Part shown: piece after piece, positions 12,650 to 24,947 of the stretch
Layout: each line of letters starts with the position of its first letter
How positions within the stretch are numbered: position 1 is the first letter of the stretch
NCBI GenBank assembly: GCA_030390025.1
Contig: CM059433.1
Coordinates: 26,414,001 to 26,478,000, forward strand
Source of the DNA: Squalus acanthias
Taxonomy: Eukaryota
Direction of reading: 5' to 3'
DNA length: 64,000 nt
The notes under the pieces: model-generated
Database searches by the model: none
The model's input: only the letters and a program-made list of their open reading frames with translations
What the model was told of the DNA's origin: nothing
Position numbers and translations under genes: made by a program

Positions 12650-13130
12650 TAAGAACCTGCATCTATATAGCACATTCAGCATAGGAAAATGTCCATGGTG
12701 CTTCACCAAAGTGTAATCAGACAAAACCTGACACCAAACCAAAGAAGAAAATATTCAGAGGGTGACTAAAAGCTTGGTCAATGAAATCATTTTTAAGGAA
12801 GGTCTTAAAGGAGGATAGAGAGGCGGATAGGTTTAGGGAGGGAATTCCATAGTTTAGGGCTTAAGCGGCTAAAGGCACGGCCACTAATTGTGATCTGAAG
12901 GGAGTGGTGGATGCATAAGAGGCCAGAGTTCAAGGAAAGCAGAGACAGAAGGGGCAAGGCCATGAAGGGATTCGAACATGAGGATGAGAATTTTAAATTT
13001 GAGGCATTGGTGGAAGTCAATGAAGGTCAGCGAGCACAGGGGTGATGAGTGAACGAGACTTGGTGCGAGTTAGGGAACGGGCAGCAATGTTTTGGATGAG
13101 CTCAAGGCTATGGAGAGTGGAGGACGGGAG
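12650..13130 (-). mobile_element. L2-clade LINE 3' fragment
   Basis: GRAFSRLSPKLWNSLPKP (12805-13020); homologous to 3500-4078. Confidence 0.8.
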
Positions 13131-14084
13131 GCCATTTTCTGCCATTCTCAGGGAATATGATAGCGGAAAATGGATTGGAAAGGCTTTTCACAAGAGCCCC
13201 ATTCCTAAAAATCACAGCCCAATCTTCCTCTGCCTCCCTTGGTGGCAGATCATACCACTTGCCCACTCAGTTACAAGTAAGTAACGGTGAGTTGTCAGGG
13301 CTCAGTCAACCGTTTCAATTTCCTCTATTTCCACCCCTGCTCTATCTCCAGGAAACAGCACCACAATAAAAAGTCATTGTGACTTGCTGGACAATGGGCC
13401 AGAATTAGGAGGTGAATTAAAGGCCACATTTTGTTTTCTTGCTGCAAAGAAATAGTCTTCATTTTTTACAAGTAGCAACATAAAAGCTTTTTACACAGCT
13501 TCGTCAGTGCCTGCAACAAATTCTTTGGGCTGTTACTCTGCTGAGCAGTTTGTCAATCAATGGAGTTTTCCTTAGGCAGCCCCTTATTCCTTTGCTATGG
13601 AAAGATGAGGAGAGTCAACGGTATGAGTGTAGGGAGGCCAGGCTGATGCAGCACCACAGGGACTGTTTGGCCCTTACCTGCAGGGATCCATACCTCAGAG
13701 AACACAAGACCCATGCAGTCTTATTTGAATACATCAACCATACAATGCATGAGAGTGATGTGCTTTCTACCAGAGGCAGTCTCTGTGTTGTACTAACTAC
13801 TGGTCCTGGCCCTGCAGCCGATCTCAAGCCGAGGCACTGCATGGTCAGTGGCAGTGAAAGTCACAACACCTTTACTCTTCTATGCCATTTGATCCTTCCA
13901 GATGCATTCTGGGACATTAACCATTTGCGCTAATTGGTAGTTCCACCACTGCATTAAGCAAGTCACTTTTATCGTGTTGAAGCATGCATCACAATTCATT
14001 TCCTTCCTTTTGGACCATGTGAAGCACCAAGAAAGGACTGTCAATCTTTTCCAGACAGACTGTTTTCTCTCAGGTTCAAGATGA

Positions 14085-15025
14085 CATTGATGGGAGCCAT
14101 GTCAATCTTCCTTGAGCACGCATTCAACTTCATCAACAGAACAGCCTTTTATTCCCTCAGTGTGCAGCTGGTTTATGATGTCAATCACATCATACCGCAG
14201 GTTGATCCCTGCTATCTTGGGAGATGCCATAATGGCCCAGAAATTAATGACGGAGCCTTCGTGCGGGGGTAAGGCTTCCCCGCGATATCTCACTGCGCGC
14301 CTGCCTTTTCATTCCGAGCTCGCACGAACTTGATTTTCTAGACAGCTGCTGTGCAGTGCTTCCGTATCCCACAGGCGCAGTTAATTCGTGCGAGCTGTGG
14401 GATCACGTGATTCAGTTAGAGCCAATGGCAGCACACCATCTTTCATTCATAGTTTTCACAGCAAGTGCTGTGAAAGCTATGAATCTATACCCCCTCAAAA
14501 GAACAGCTAAACCTCAATTAAATTTAAAAAAAAACCATCACATTAATAAAATAAGTATAGTTAAATAAATTAACCACTTTAAACAAAAAATTAAATTTTT
14601 GAAAAAATTTAAAATCTTTTAAAAAGTTATAAAAATAAACTTACCTTTCTTTAAAGTCTCTAAAAAAGATATACCTGTTGAAAAAAATTCAAAATAATAC
14701 TTAATTAACTACTTACCTTGTTAAAAGAGGGTCTTACGCCTCCTTTCTTTATGTGCAAAATCTTCCATGCTTACCTGCGCGTTCAAAGCACTAAGTGCAC
14801 TGCGTGCGCGCAGCCTGTAGCGCGCACGCGGTTCACCTAGGAACCGCCCCCTTTTGAAATCACCAAGTGCCGGTTTTCAGCGCATGCGCAGTGCATGCAA
14901 AAAAACGGCAATTGGAGACAGAATACGCGAGAGTACACAGTGCATACTCTCGCGTAGAGACACTAATTTTTGGGCCAATGTGTTTGTGTTAAGACAATCA
15001 ACAAACCCACCACTATTTACTGTTC
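14085..15025 (+). pseudogene. Harbinger transposase relic interrupted by a MITE
   Basis: FINRTAFYSLSVQLVYD...CYLGRCH before the MITE and NVFVLRQSTNPPLF after it align to [15 protein letters not shown]...YPGSCHDAFILRQ of the intact transposases. Confidence 0.75.
14234..14976 (+). mobile_element. Harbinger-type MITE, family M copy 1 (743 bp)
   Basis: TIRs GGCCCAGAAATTAATG / rc GGCCCAAAAATTAGTG; TSD AAT; homologous to 31988-32746 and 59889-60530. Confidence 0.9.
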
Positions 15026-15917
15026 ATGCATTACGTACCAAACTTGGGAGCTAGCAACCGTTGATCCCCATAGCTTCCAAAAAGCAGACAACTCAAGAAT
15101 GTGTCTGGCATAATAACAAGTTGTGTAAACAGGCTTTGTATCTTAAGTGGTAGGAATACAGAACAGGGCTAAAAATCAATGGCTCTTCCAGTGCAATACT
15201 AGCGTAACTCTGGAGAATCTCAATCCATGGCCTTACATTATAGTTTCTGGTTGGCCTTGTCAGGGACAGAGCCTCCGCCTGTGCCAAACAAGGCCACCAC
15301 TGTAGGAAGCAGGCGAGACTCCTAGCATCCAGAATTCTCGTGTCCCTGATGTCTCATTTACCAGGTGGATCATTGACAGCCAATGTATCAGGTAAGGCCA
15401 GACATACCAGCCCACCAAATGGTGGAAGTGGGGATCACCTGGGAGTCCAGACCTGAATTGTGAACTGGACCTCCAAAGGTGCCAAGTCATTGAAAAAAAA
15501 ACTCTTTTTACCCACACAAAGGGGGGTACACCTGTATTCTTTCTGGGGAACCAGTACCGTATGTAGACTCCTTCAACAGGCGGGTGGGCACTCAAGAGCC
15601 AATGGCAGTTAAATGAAGGGACCTTCCCCGACCTCGACAACTTTGGCAGGACCAGCACCAGAGGTTCTGGGTAAGCCCACGATGAACTCCTCGTGGATTT
15701 AAAGCCTCAACATTCCTTCTTTTTGTATTGGAGGATGTTAGAATGCTTTAAGATGATTTAGTGAGTCAAGCTATCCCAGTTTCCTTTCGCTTAGGTTTGT
15801 ATTATTATAGCAATATGAGAGAAAGGGAAATCTTAATCTTGTCTCTAGATATGAACAACAGACAATTCAAAGACAGCATATACCATAGTACCACAGTAAG
15901 AGATAAGATATAAGAGC

Positions 15918-17145
15918 TAATCGGAGGCACCAGCAGCTGTGGGACATAAAGGAGAGAGCGGAGAAACAGCACCGACCCAATCAGAGGCACCAGCGGCTGT
16001 GGGACATAAAGGAGAGAGCGGAGAAACAGCACCGACCCAATCGGAGGCACCAGCGATGGTGGAACATAAAGGAGAGAGTGGAGAAACAGCGCGGACCCAA
16101 TCGGAGACACCAGCAGCTATAGGACATAAAGGAGAGAGCGGAGAAACAGCACGGAACCAATTGGAGGCTCCAGCGGATGTGGGACATAAAGGAGAGAGCG
16201 GAGAAACAGCACGGAACCAATTGGAGGCTCCAGTGGTGGCGGAACATAAAGGAGAGCGCGGAGAAACAGTGCTGACCCAATCGGAGACCTCAGCAGCAGT
16301 GGGACATAAAGGAGAGAGCGGAGAAACAGCACGGACCCAATCGGAGACATCAGCAGCAGTGGGACATAAAGGAGAGAGCAGAGAAACAGCACGGAACCAA
16401 TCGGAGGTTCCAGCAGCAGTGGGACATAAAGGAGAGAGCGGAGAAACAGTGCTGACCCAATCGGAGACATCAGCAGCAGTGGGACATAAAGGAGAGAGCG
16501 GAGAAACAGCACGGAACCAATCGGAGGTTCCAGCAGCAGTGGGACATAAAGGAGAGAGCGGAGAAACAGCACGGACCCAATCGGAGACACCAGCAGCGTT
16601 GGGACATAAAGGAGAGAGCGGAGAAACAGCACGGAACCAATCGGAGGTTCCAGCGGCAGTGTGACATCAAGGAGAGAGCGGAGGAACAGCACGGACCCAA
16701 TTGGAGACATCAGCAGCTGTGGAACATAAAGGAGAGAGCGGAGAAACAGCGCGGACCCAATCGGAGACATCAGCAGCTGTGGAACATAAAGGAGAGAGCG
16801 GAGAAACAGCGCGGACCCAATCGGAGACACCAGCGGCTATGGAACATAAAGGAGAGAGCGGAGAAACAGCGCGGACCCAATCGGAGACACCAGCGGCTAT
16901 GGAACATAAAGGAGAGAGCAGAGAAACAGCACGGACCCAATCGGAGACACCAGCGGCTATGGAACATAAAGGAGAGAGCGGAGAAACAGCACGGACCCAA
17001 TCGGAGACATCAGCAGCTGTGGAAAATAAAGGAGAGAGCGGAGAAACAGCATGGACCCAATCGGAGGCACCAGCAGCTGTGGAACATAAAGGAGAGAGCG
17101 GAGAAACAGCATGGACCGAATCGGAGGCACCAGCGGCTGTGGAAC
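15918..17145 (+). repeat. Tandem array of ~20.5 x 60-bp units
   Basis: Approximate unit CCAATCGGAGACACCAGCAGCTGTGGAACATAAAGGAGAGAGCGGAGAAACAGCACGGAC repeats in register, one per 60-nt line. Confidence 0.98.
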
Positions 17146-17388
17146 CTTCAACAATTTCCAAAAAAACCAAGGTGTGACGTCACAGGACAGCAGGTAGGTA
17201 ATTGTTTGGTGAGTATTAAGGTTTTTTCCTCTCTAACCTAGGACAGTGGTTTAAACTAGGATCGGAAAACTATAACATACTATATTAAATTTATAACTTA
17301 ACTAATTAAACTAATTACTATAACTATAAATAATCGTTGATTAAAGATTTTCACTAATTAAATAAATAAAATAAGTCTAGACTAAGAT

Positions 17389-18315
17389 ATAGCAGGGCAG
17401 GTTGTGTGTCTGGGCTGCAGTATGTGGGATTGTGTGGACAGCGAGACTGTCCCGAGCAAACACATCTGCAGGAGATGTCTCCATCTCGAATCTCTCCGGC
17501 TCAGAGTCACTAAGCTGGAGTGCGAGTTGGAGACACTCCGACACATAAGGGAGGGGGAGGTTTTTCTGGATAGTTTTATCCAGAATACAGTCACACCCCA
17601 GAGGAAAACACAGGTGCAGGAAGGGAGGTTGTGACTGTTAGGGAGATGGGTAGCGGGGACTTAGGAGAGGTTGAGAAGGAGGTCCTGCAGACACTGGTCC
17701 TGTCCAACGATGTACTCGCTACCTGTGAGGACAAGGAGAAAGACTGCAGGGAGGACAGCCACAATGCAGACCAAGGCATCGTGGCTCAGAAGGCTGTCCA
17801 AAGGGGGGAGAGCTGAATAGAAATGTGGTAGTGATAGGGGACTCTATAATTAGGGGGATAGATAGTGTCCTCTGCAGCCAAGAACGAGTTCCCGAAGGGT
17901 GTGTTACCTACCTGGTGCCAGGTTAAGGGATATCTCATGGTGGCTGGAGAGGAACTTGGAAAGGGAGGGTGGAAATCCAGTTGTCGTGGTCCATGTTGGA
18001 ACAAACGACATAGATAGGAACAGGGAGGAGGTCCTGCTGAAAGAGTATCAGGAGTTAGGCTCTAAATTAAAAAGCAGGACCTCGAGGGTAATAATCTCTG
18101 GATTATTGCCCGAGCCACGTGCAAATTGGCATAGAAGCAGACAGATCAGGAGAATTAACACGTGGCTAAAGGGCTGGTGTGGGAAGAGGGGACACTGGCA
18201 TCAGTTCTGGGACAGGAAGCAGCTGTACCGATGGGACGGGCTCCACCTGAACCGGGATGAGACCCGTGTCCTAGCGGAAAGGGTAAATAGGGAGGTGGCA
18301 AAGGCTTTAAACTAG
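17389..18315 (+). pseudogene. CR1 ORF1 (Cys zinc finger, coiled coil, SGNH esterase)
   Basis: CLGC...CRRC, VVVIGDS, PGAR, HVGTND, DGLH; start apparently mutated to ATA; frameshifts and stops. Confidence 0.85.
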
Positions 18316-18489
18316 TAAGATGGGGGGAGGGATCTACAAGAAACATAACCAGCCTAAATATAAACAGGAAAAAAGAGCATAGGAAAGAATAAAGTAAGGG
18401 AGGACATTGATGGCAAGAGAATAAATAGAGTTATAGAACAGAAATCTAAAAAGATGGTTAAACATAAAGTGAGAGGAAATCCTATTAAA

Positions 18490-20350
18490 AATGAGTTAAA
18501 CTGTCTGTACAGCAATGCACACAGTGACTGTAATAAAACAGGGGAGCTGGAGGCAATCATACGTTGTGAAGAACCAGACATAGTCGGGATCACTGAGACA
18601 TGGCTACAGAAAAATCAGGACTGGGAATTAAACATTGCAGGGTATAACATTTTTAGAAAAGATAGGGAGGGAAAAGGGGAAGGTGGAGTAGCTGTACTTA
18701 TTAGGGATAACATAATGGCAGTAGAAAAAAGTGACGCAGATATCAGCAAGACAAAAATAGAATCCATATGGATAGAGATAAAAGATAATAAAGGATCAAT
18801 CACACTAATAGGCATAGTCTACAGACCACCTAATAGTGGAAGGGAGGTGGAGGAAGAAATATGCAGACAAATTAGAGAAATGAGTAAAAAACATAGAATA
18901 ATAATCATGGAGAATTTCAACTAATAATCATGGGGGATAAAAACCCTGGATGGATTGCATCCACGCATTTTAAAAGAATCTAGGGAAGAGATAGCAGAGG
19001 CATTACTTCGCATATTTAATAATTCGTTAGAAAAAGGTTTAGTACCAGAGGACAGGCGGATAGCTAACGTAATACTGATATTTAAGAAGGGGGATAGAAC
19101 ATGTCCAGGGAATTATAGACCAGTCAGCTTAACATCAGTGGTCGGAAAAATAATAGAATTCCTACTAAAGGAGAAAATAGAAGAACATCTGGAAACCAAA
19201 AATATAAAAATGAATAGTCAACATGGATTTCAAAAGGGAAAGTCTTGCTTAACCAACCTTATTGAATTTTTTGAAGAGGTAACAGAGAGAGTAGACAATG
19301 GTAATGCAGTAGATGTAATTTATCTGGATTTTCAAAAGGCCTTTGATAAGGTACCCCATAATAGACTGATGAACAAGGTTAGAGAATGCAGAGTCAGGGG
19401 ACAAGTAGCAGAAACTGGCTGGCTTCAGGACAGAAAGCAGAGAGTAGGGGTAAAGGGTAGCTATTCACAGTGGCAGAAGGTGGGAAGTGGTGTTCCACAA
19501 GGATCAGTGCTGGGACCACTGCTGTTCACAATTTACATTAATGATTTAGACTTTGGAATCAAAAACACAATTTCTAAATTTGCGGATGACTCCAAATTGA
19601 TAGTCAATACTGAGCAGGACTGCAACAACTTACAGGAGGACAGTAATAAACTTGCAGAATGGGCATATAATTGGCAAATGAAGTTCAACACAGCTAAATG
19701 TGAGGTATTACATTTTGGTAGGAAGAAGAGGGAGGTCACTTATCACTTGGAGGGTGCGAGTCTAGGTGGGGGTAGAGGAACAAAGGGATCTAGGAGTACA
19801 AATACACAAATCATTAAAAGTTATGTCGCAAGTTAGCAAGGCCATAAAAAAAGCAAACCAAGCACTAGGGTTTATTTCTAGAGGGATAGAATTTAAAAGT
19901 AGGGAAGTTATGCTAAACCTGTATTGAACCTTGGTTAGACCACACTTAGAGTACTGCGTACAGTTCTGGCTGCCATATTATGAAAAGAATATAGAGGCAC
20001 TGGAGAGGGTGCAGAGAAGATTTACACGGATGATACCAGAAATGCGAGGGTATACATATCAGGAAAGGATGAACAGGCTGGGTCTCTTTTCTCTTGAAGA
20101 AAGAATAGAGGTCTTTAAAATTATGAAAAATGTTGATAGAGTGGCTACGGAGAGAATGTTTCCACTTGTGGGGAAGAGCATAACTAGAGGCCATCAATAT
20201 AAGATAGTCACCAAGGAATCCAATAGGGAATTCAGAAGAAACTTCTTTACCCAAAGAGTGGTGAGAATGTGGAACTCGCTACCACAGGGAGTGGTTGAAC
20301 CATTTAAGGGGAGGCTAGACAAGCATATGAGGGAGAAGGGAATAGATTTA
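18490..20350 (+). pseudogene. CR1 ORF2 (APE N-terminal half fused to RT)
   Basis: GITETW, YRPP, then YRPVSLTS, DFQKAFD, PQGSVLGP, FADD; the APE C-terminus and linker are missing at ~18925. Confidence 0.9.
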
Positions 20351-20539
20351 GATGAGGAAAGACGGGAGGATGCTCGTGTGGAGCATAAACGCCGGCATGT
20401 GCCATATATCCTATGTAATAGTCTACGCATTTACTGTACTATAAAAAGGGTTGTAACACAGAGGCAAAGGCTGAAAGATATAAGCTGGGTAAACACCTAA
20501 AAATACGGCCTCAGCGAAACGTGCAAACTACATATTCGT

Positions 20540-20815
20540 ATTGAGTAGATTGGGCCTGTACTCTCTGGAGTTTAGAAGAATGAGAGGTGATCTCATTGAA
20601 AGGATTGACAGGGTAGATGCTGAGAAGTTGTTTCCCCTGGCTGGAGAGTCTAGAACTAGGGGGCATAGTCTCAGGATAAGGGGTCGGCCATTTAAGACTG
20701 AGATGAGGAGAAATTTCTTCACCCAGAGGGTTGCGAATCTTTGGAATTCTCTACCCCAAAGGGCTGCAGATGTTAAGTTGTTGAATATATTCAAGGCTGA
20801 GATATATAGATTTTT
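20540..20815 (+). mobile_element. CR1 LINE 3' fragment
   Basis: RLGLYSLEFRRMRGDLIE...NFFTQRVANLWNSLPQ; truncated by the fold-back MITE. Confidence 0.9.
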
Positions 20816-22009
20816 TGGGGAAAAATTGGGTTGCTTTGCGCCTCCGTTAGGGGGCACTAACGGGGCACAAAGCTGCAGCACCTGGGCACAGCACCACTAA
20901 CGCCTCTTGCGCAATTCAGCGGGAGGTTAGCGATGGCGGTAGCCGGTAGCGCTCTGCGGCGCCGCACCTCCGGCGATTACATCATTGCCGTGTGAAGCGC
21001 CCCGTTTGCGCCCCGGGCGCAAACTTTGTTCGCACCCTTGACCTACCACCGGACGATATGTCCGACAGGGTCAGGGTCGCGTTTTTGCGGCCACGGCGGT
21101 GCAAATTAAAGGGCAGGAGCCAGGCGGCCATATTTTTTTGGGCTGCCTGCCAACACCTGCCCCCATCCGCTTCTTCATGCGGGGTGCCGGGCACAATCGG
21201 TCAGCCCGGCATTCCTCTTGAGTGCCAAGCTGTTTTCCCAGCACCCCTCTCCCCGGTGGTCCAGCAGGGCTCTGGTGCACGCTGTGTTAGGCCCCTCCCC
21301 TTTAATCACGTGCCAATGCGCGTGGCGCTGTTGTGCGTAGTGCCGCGATATTGAATGGTAGCGCCCCAGGAAGGAGGGGAAGCCCTTCCAGTAGCGCTCC
21401 ACCTCCTTCTTGGGGCGGTACTACTCAAAGTCGCGGCGCTATGTGCCGCTGCACCACATGCAGTAGCGCCGCGTCATTGCAAGTTTCCTCCCTTGATTAA
21501 AGGGGAGGGGCCTAGCGCTGTGCGCTCCGGGATCCTGCTGGACCACCGGGGAGCGGGGTGCCGTGGAAACATCCCGGCACTCAAGAGGAATGCCGGGCTG
21601 ACCGATCACGGCCGGCACCCCGCATACAAATGTGAAAGGCGGCAGGTGCAGGCAGTCGGCCAAAATAAAAATGGCCGCCCGACACCTGCCCTTTAAGTAG
21701 CGCCTCCGCACGATGCCGCCGCTGCAAAACCGGCCCCTGATCCTGTTGGTCCCATTGCCCGGCGATAGGTCAGGGTGCGCAAGGGAAGTTTGCGGCCGGG
21801 GCGCTAACGTGGCACTGCGCACGGCGATGACATCATCATCGGCGGCACAGCGGAGCAGGGCGCTACCGGCTACCGCCGCCGCTAACCTCCCGCTGAATTT
21901 CACGGGAGGCATTAGCGGCGCCACGCCCTGGCACTAGGGCATTTGCACCCAATTAGCGCCTCCCCGGGGGGTACTAACGAGAGGCTCAAAGCAACCCAAT
22001 TTCTAGCCC
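20816..22009. mobile_element. 1.2-kb GC-rich fold-back Harbinger-type MITE
   Basis: Ends GGGGAAAAATTGGGTTGCTTTGCGCCTC / rc GGGCTAGAAATTGGGTTGCTTTGAGCCTC; arms align inward to ~21376 and ~21402. Confidence 0.9.
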
Positions 22010-22799
22010 TAAGAATATAGTCGGAGCTTGGGAACCAGGTTGTAGTATCTGCATGTCATTTAATATAAATGGAAGACCAAATCACTCACTGTAATAAAGC
22101 TTGTTATTACAAAAACCACTTGTGCATGAATCATAAGCGGAGTTATTGTCGTTGGACTAACAAATCTGTTGCGACGGTAACCACTAAGAAGTCCTCTAAC
22201 AGAGGAATAAAGAACATTAGTAATGAAGGCTGATGGGGAAATTGAAATGCAACCTAGTTATGCTGTTAGTCTTTTTCCACTCTTCCCTATTCAAGCTGAT
22301 ACACTTCCATCCTGCCCACAGTTCGTGCTGACACTCTTTGCCCACTCCCAGTCAATGCTGCCACTCTCCTTCCTCTCCCAACCCAAATTGTCACTCCCAC
22401 CTTCTCCTCTCCTCCTGCGAAAACACAACTCCCAACTTCTGCTCGTTTCGCTTTCCGCTTCATTATCATAATTTCTCTTTCCTTCGGCAGCCATCCACTT
22501 AACACCTCATACAGGTGCAGCCATTTCCCCCTATTCACTGCCACCCACTCCTCACCCCCCTCCATTTTCCCTCTCCCTCCCCCATTAATTTCCCATTTGC
22601 TTGCATTCTGACCCTCCCCTTACATTCTCTCCCCCCTTGCCTTTCCGCAAATGTCCCTGCCTCCAGCGTACAGAGATGACAATGGAGTTCTGTAGCATTG
22701 GGAGAGGATGAGTGGGGGCTATTCGGTGCTTTAATCAACAGACGCTTGAGGGAGGAATGGGACAGGGTCATGGGTGGGGAGTCCAGTTGTGCTGAATCT

Positions 22800-24470
22800 T
22801 GTCAAGAAATGCTGAAACAGTGACTGAGCCCCCTAAACACTGATGACAGTGTGTACACTGACAGATGGTAGGTATGGCAAGGCCTGTGCAGATGGTTGAT
22901 CGGGGATCGAGGACATCCTCTGCAGCCATGGCGATACCCCTGATTCAGAATCCAAGCCCAACAGAGGAACCCCAATATAATGAAGCCCATGACTCCACCA
23001 GGATACTGATTGAACTGATATCTGGGATACCGAAGGCCCATTTCAGGTGCTTGGACAGGTCTGGGGAAGCACTCAGTGGAGCCAGGGTCTCCCACATCAT
23101 TGTTGCATGCTGGACGCTGTTCAACTCAAAGGGGACTGATCCTTAATGCTCTAGATGAGGACGAGGAAAGTGGCCAAGGCCCATAGATTCAGCAGCCAGA
23201 CAAGTCCTTCACTGAGGAGAGCTCGTTCATGAAACAACTTTGTCAGTGGCCAGGCAATTGAGGAAAGATCTTATAAGAGACAGCTGAAGTTAAATCCTTG
23301 CTATGCCCATAGCACAGTAATGCCATCAAGGCTCCCTTTTAAAGTAAACCTGATCCTGAACCTTCCTATTTAATGCTCAACCAACACAGCGAACATCTCA
23401 TGCATTCTGCTGCTGTGACTGCCTAATATCACTTCATTTTCTGAAAACTCAAACTGAAACCAATCTTTCATGAGCCAAAGTTTGCCATTATCCCATTGTT
23501 ATTGTTTCTTACTACCGAGAAGGCCACTGAGGGATTTGCTAAGAAGCTGCATTTCCTGTTGTGGCGAGGTCAGCCTGGCCTCGGCAGCTTTCTCCTCATG
23601 TGCAGGCATCAGAGGGCATGGAGTGTGGGTACACGTTATGTCATCATGAAAGAAAGCATCACCATACCTGCCAGACCACTTTCACTGGGCACTCGCTCGG
23701 TTTGACCACTAAAAAGAATTGTACCAATCAAATCTTTAAAGCCCTGAGAAATAACCATTTCCACTCTGGGGCCCAAGGAGACAGTGGATGCAGTCACAGA
23801 TGCCATTGCAAAAGCTACAAATGTCCTTAGGTGCTCTGTTGGGGCTTGTCTGCCGCAGATCTTTCCCAAACTTCCACATGCTCCATGATTGATTCCATGA
23901 CTGTACACAAGTCCTTCATGGTGTTACAGATGTGGGTTGTGGACTCCTCCTACTTATCCACCACCTCCAGCACATTCTGGGCCACTGTCTACACATGTGT
24001 TTGGTGCTAATGTCATCCCGATGTCATTGAACATCTTCTGGCACGAGGTCACTGTGCGGGGGTTGGTGTCAGTGACTGACTGTCAATGCCACCTCCTTTC
24101 ATTGTGCCTGCAGAATTTCTTTGCCGGGTTTTCTTTTCTTGCTGCCAAACAATAGGTCCCTTTTTCCCTTTTTTCCAGAGTAGCAGATCCACAGAGGCAC
24201 CATTAAACTTTGAAGCTATAGACCCTGCTGCTGTTCCCTTAGATGTGGTTATTGTACCTCTGTTTAAGCACTGCTGTTCTCAAATTGGTGGCTAGCCCCT
24301 TTAAGCAAGTGAGACACTGCAGTTACCCAGGATTTCCTTTCCACACAGCACTGGGAGCCCGCCTTGAAATGCTTAATGAACAGGAAAATGGGATAGGGTC
24401 GCAGCGGGGTCAGAAATACCACCCTGCCCCACTTCCAGTAGGAATCCCGCCAATGTGGAAAATTCAGGAA
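22800..24470. mobile_element. Decayed autonomous Harbinger relic C (transposase C-terminus +, Myb/SANT -)
   Basis: YNEAHDSTRILIE...FRCLDRSGEAL...IIVACWTL (22865-23146 +); minus strand ~24020-24220 reads SKF...RDLLFG...KEVA...RTVTSCQKMFNDI. Confidence 0.7.
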
Positions 24471-24947
24471 TTATATCTAATTGACAAATAATGCACAAAT
24501 ATGTTATAGTGGAATAGTTTTGCTAGTATTTTTTTAATATTCATCTTATCTGTTGTTCTCAGATATTCTGATTTTGTTATGCTACAAAATAATATCACTT
24601 CATTTCAGAATTTTATCTGCTAGCACTGGAATTTTAAGTGGGTAAATAATTATGAGGGAGAAATTGGGCTGTGTAGCGCACGTTTTTTTAGGTACTACGC
24701 AACCTCCTAACGTTCGAAAAAGGGGTCATGCGTAGCGCATGCACACTTCTGACAGGGAGTGCGCCGGACGACATCTTGGTAAAGGGGTTTACGTGCACGC
24801 ATCTAATGACTGCCGGCAGCATGCATAGCAGACAGATTATGACATCAATCACTGTGCAATGCTGATTTGACACCAGCACTGCAATTTTTGAATTCCATGC
24901 TCCAGACTACGCCCCGTCTTAACCTCACATAGCTGAACAGAGGTTAA

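Larger units (their letters stand above)
15918..20420 (+). mobile_element. Near full-length CR1 LINE (5' repeat array, ORF1, internally deleted ORF2)
   Basis: Array, AT-rich spacer, ORF1, APE, RT and 3' UTR in canonical order. That the array belongs to the element is inferred. Confidence 0.85.

Noticed and set aside
13550..13890. 127-aa ORF or decayed minus-strand SINE
   Set aside because: No recognisable protein motif, and the SINE-head resemblance is too weak to support.
15259..15900. Possible solo LTR starting TGTCAGGG
   Set aside because: No second LTR, primer-binding site, TSD or gag/pol sequence found.
15918..17145. CRISPR-like array
   Set aside because: The units are contiguous with no unique spacers, there are no cas genes, and the context is eukaryotic.
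15939..17177. 241-aa and 158-aa repetitive ORFs (GHKGESGETARTQSETPAAV) suggesting a collagen- or mucin-like protein
   Set aside because: A 60-bp unit without stops is open in several frames on both strands; there is no continuous Gly-X-Y, a stop interrupts at 16662, and the array sits at a CR1 5' end.
20982..21937. Several GC-rich ORFs or a host CpG-island promoter
   Set aside because: Explained by the palindromic MITE; the peptides mirror each other across the arms.
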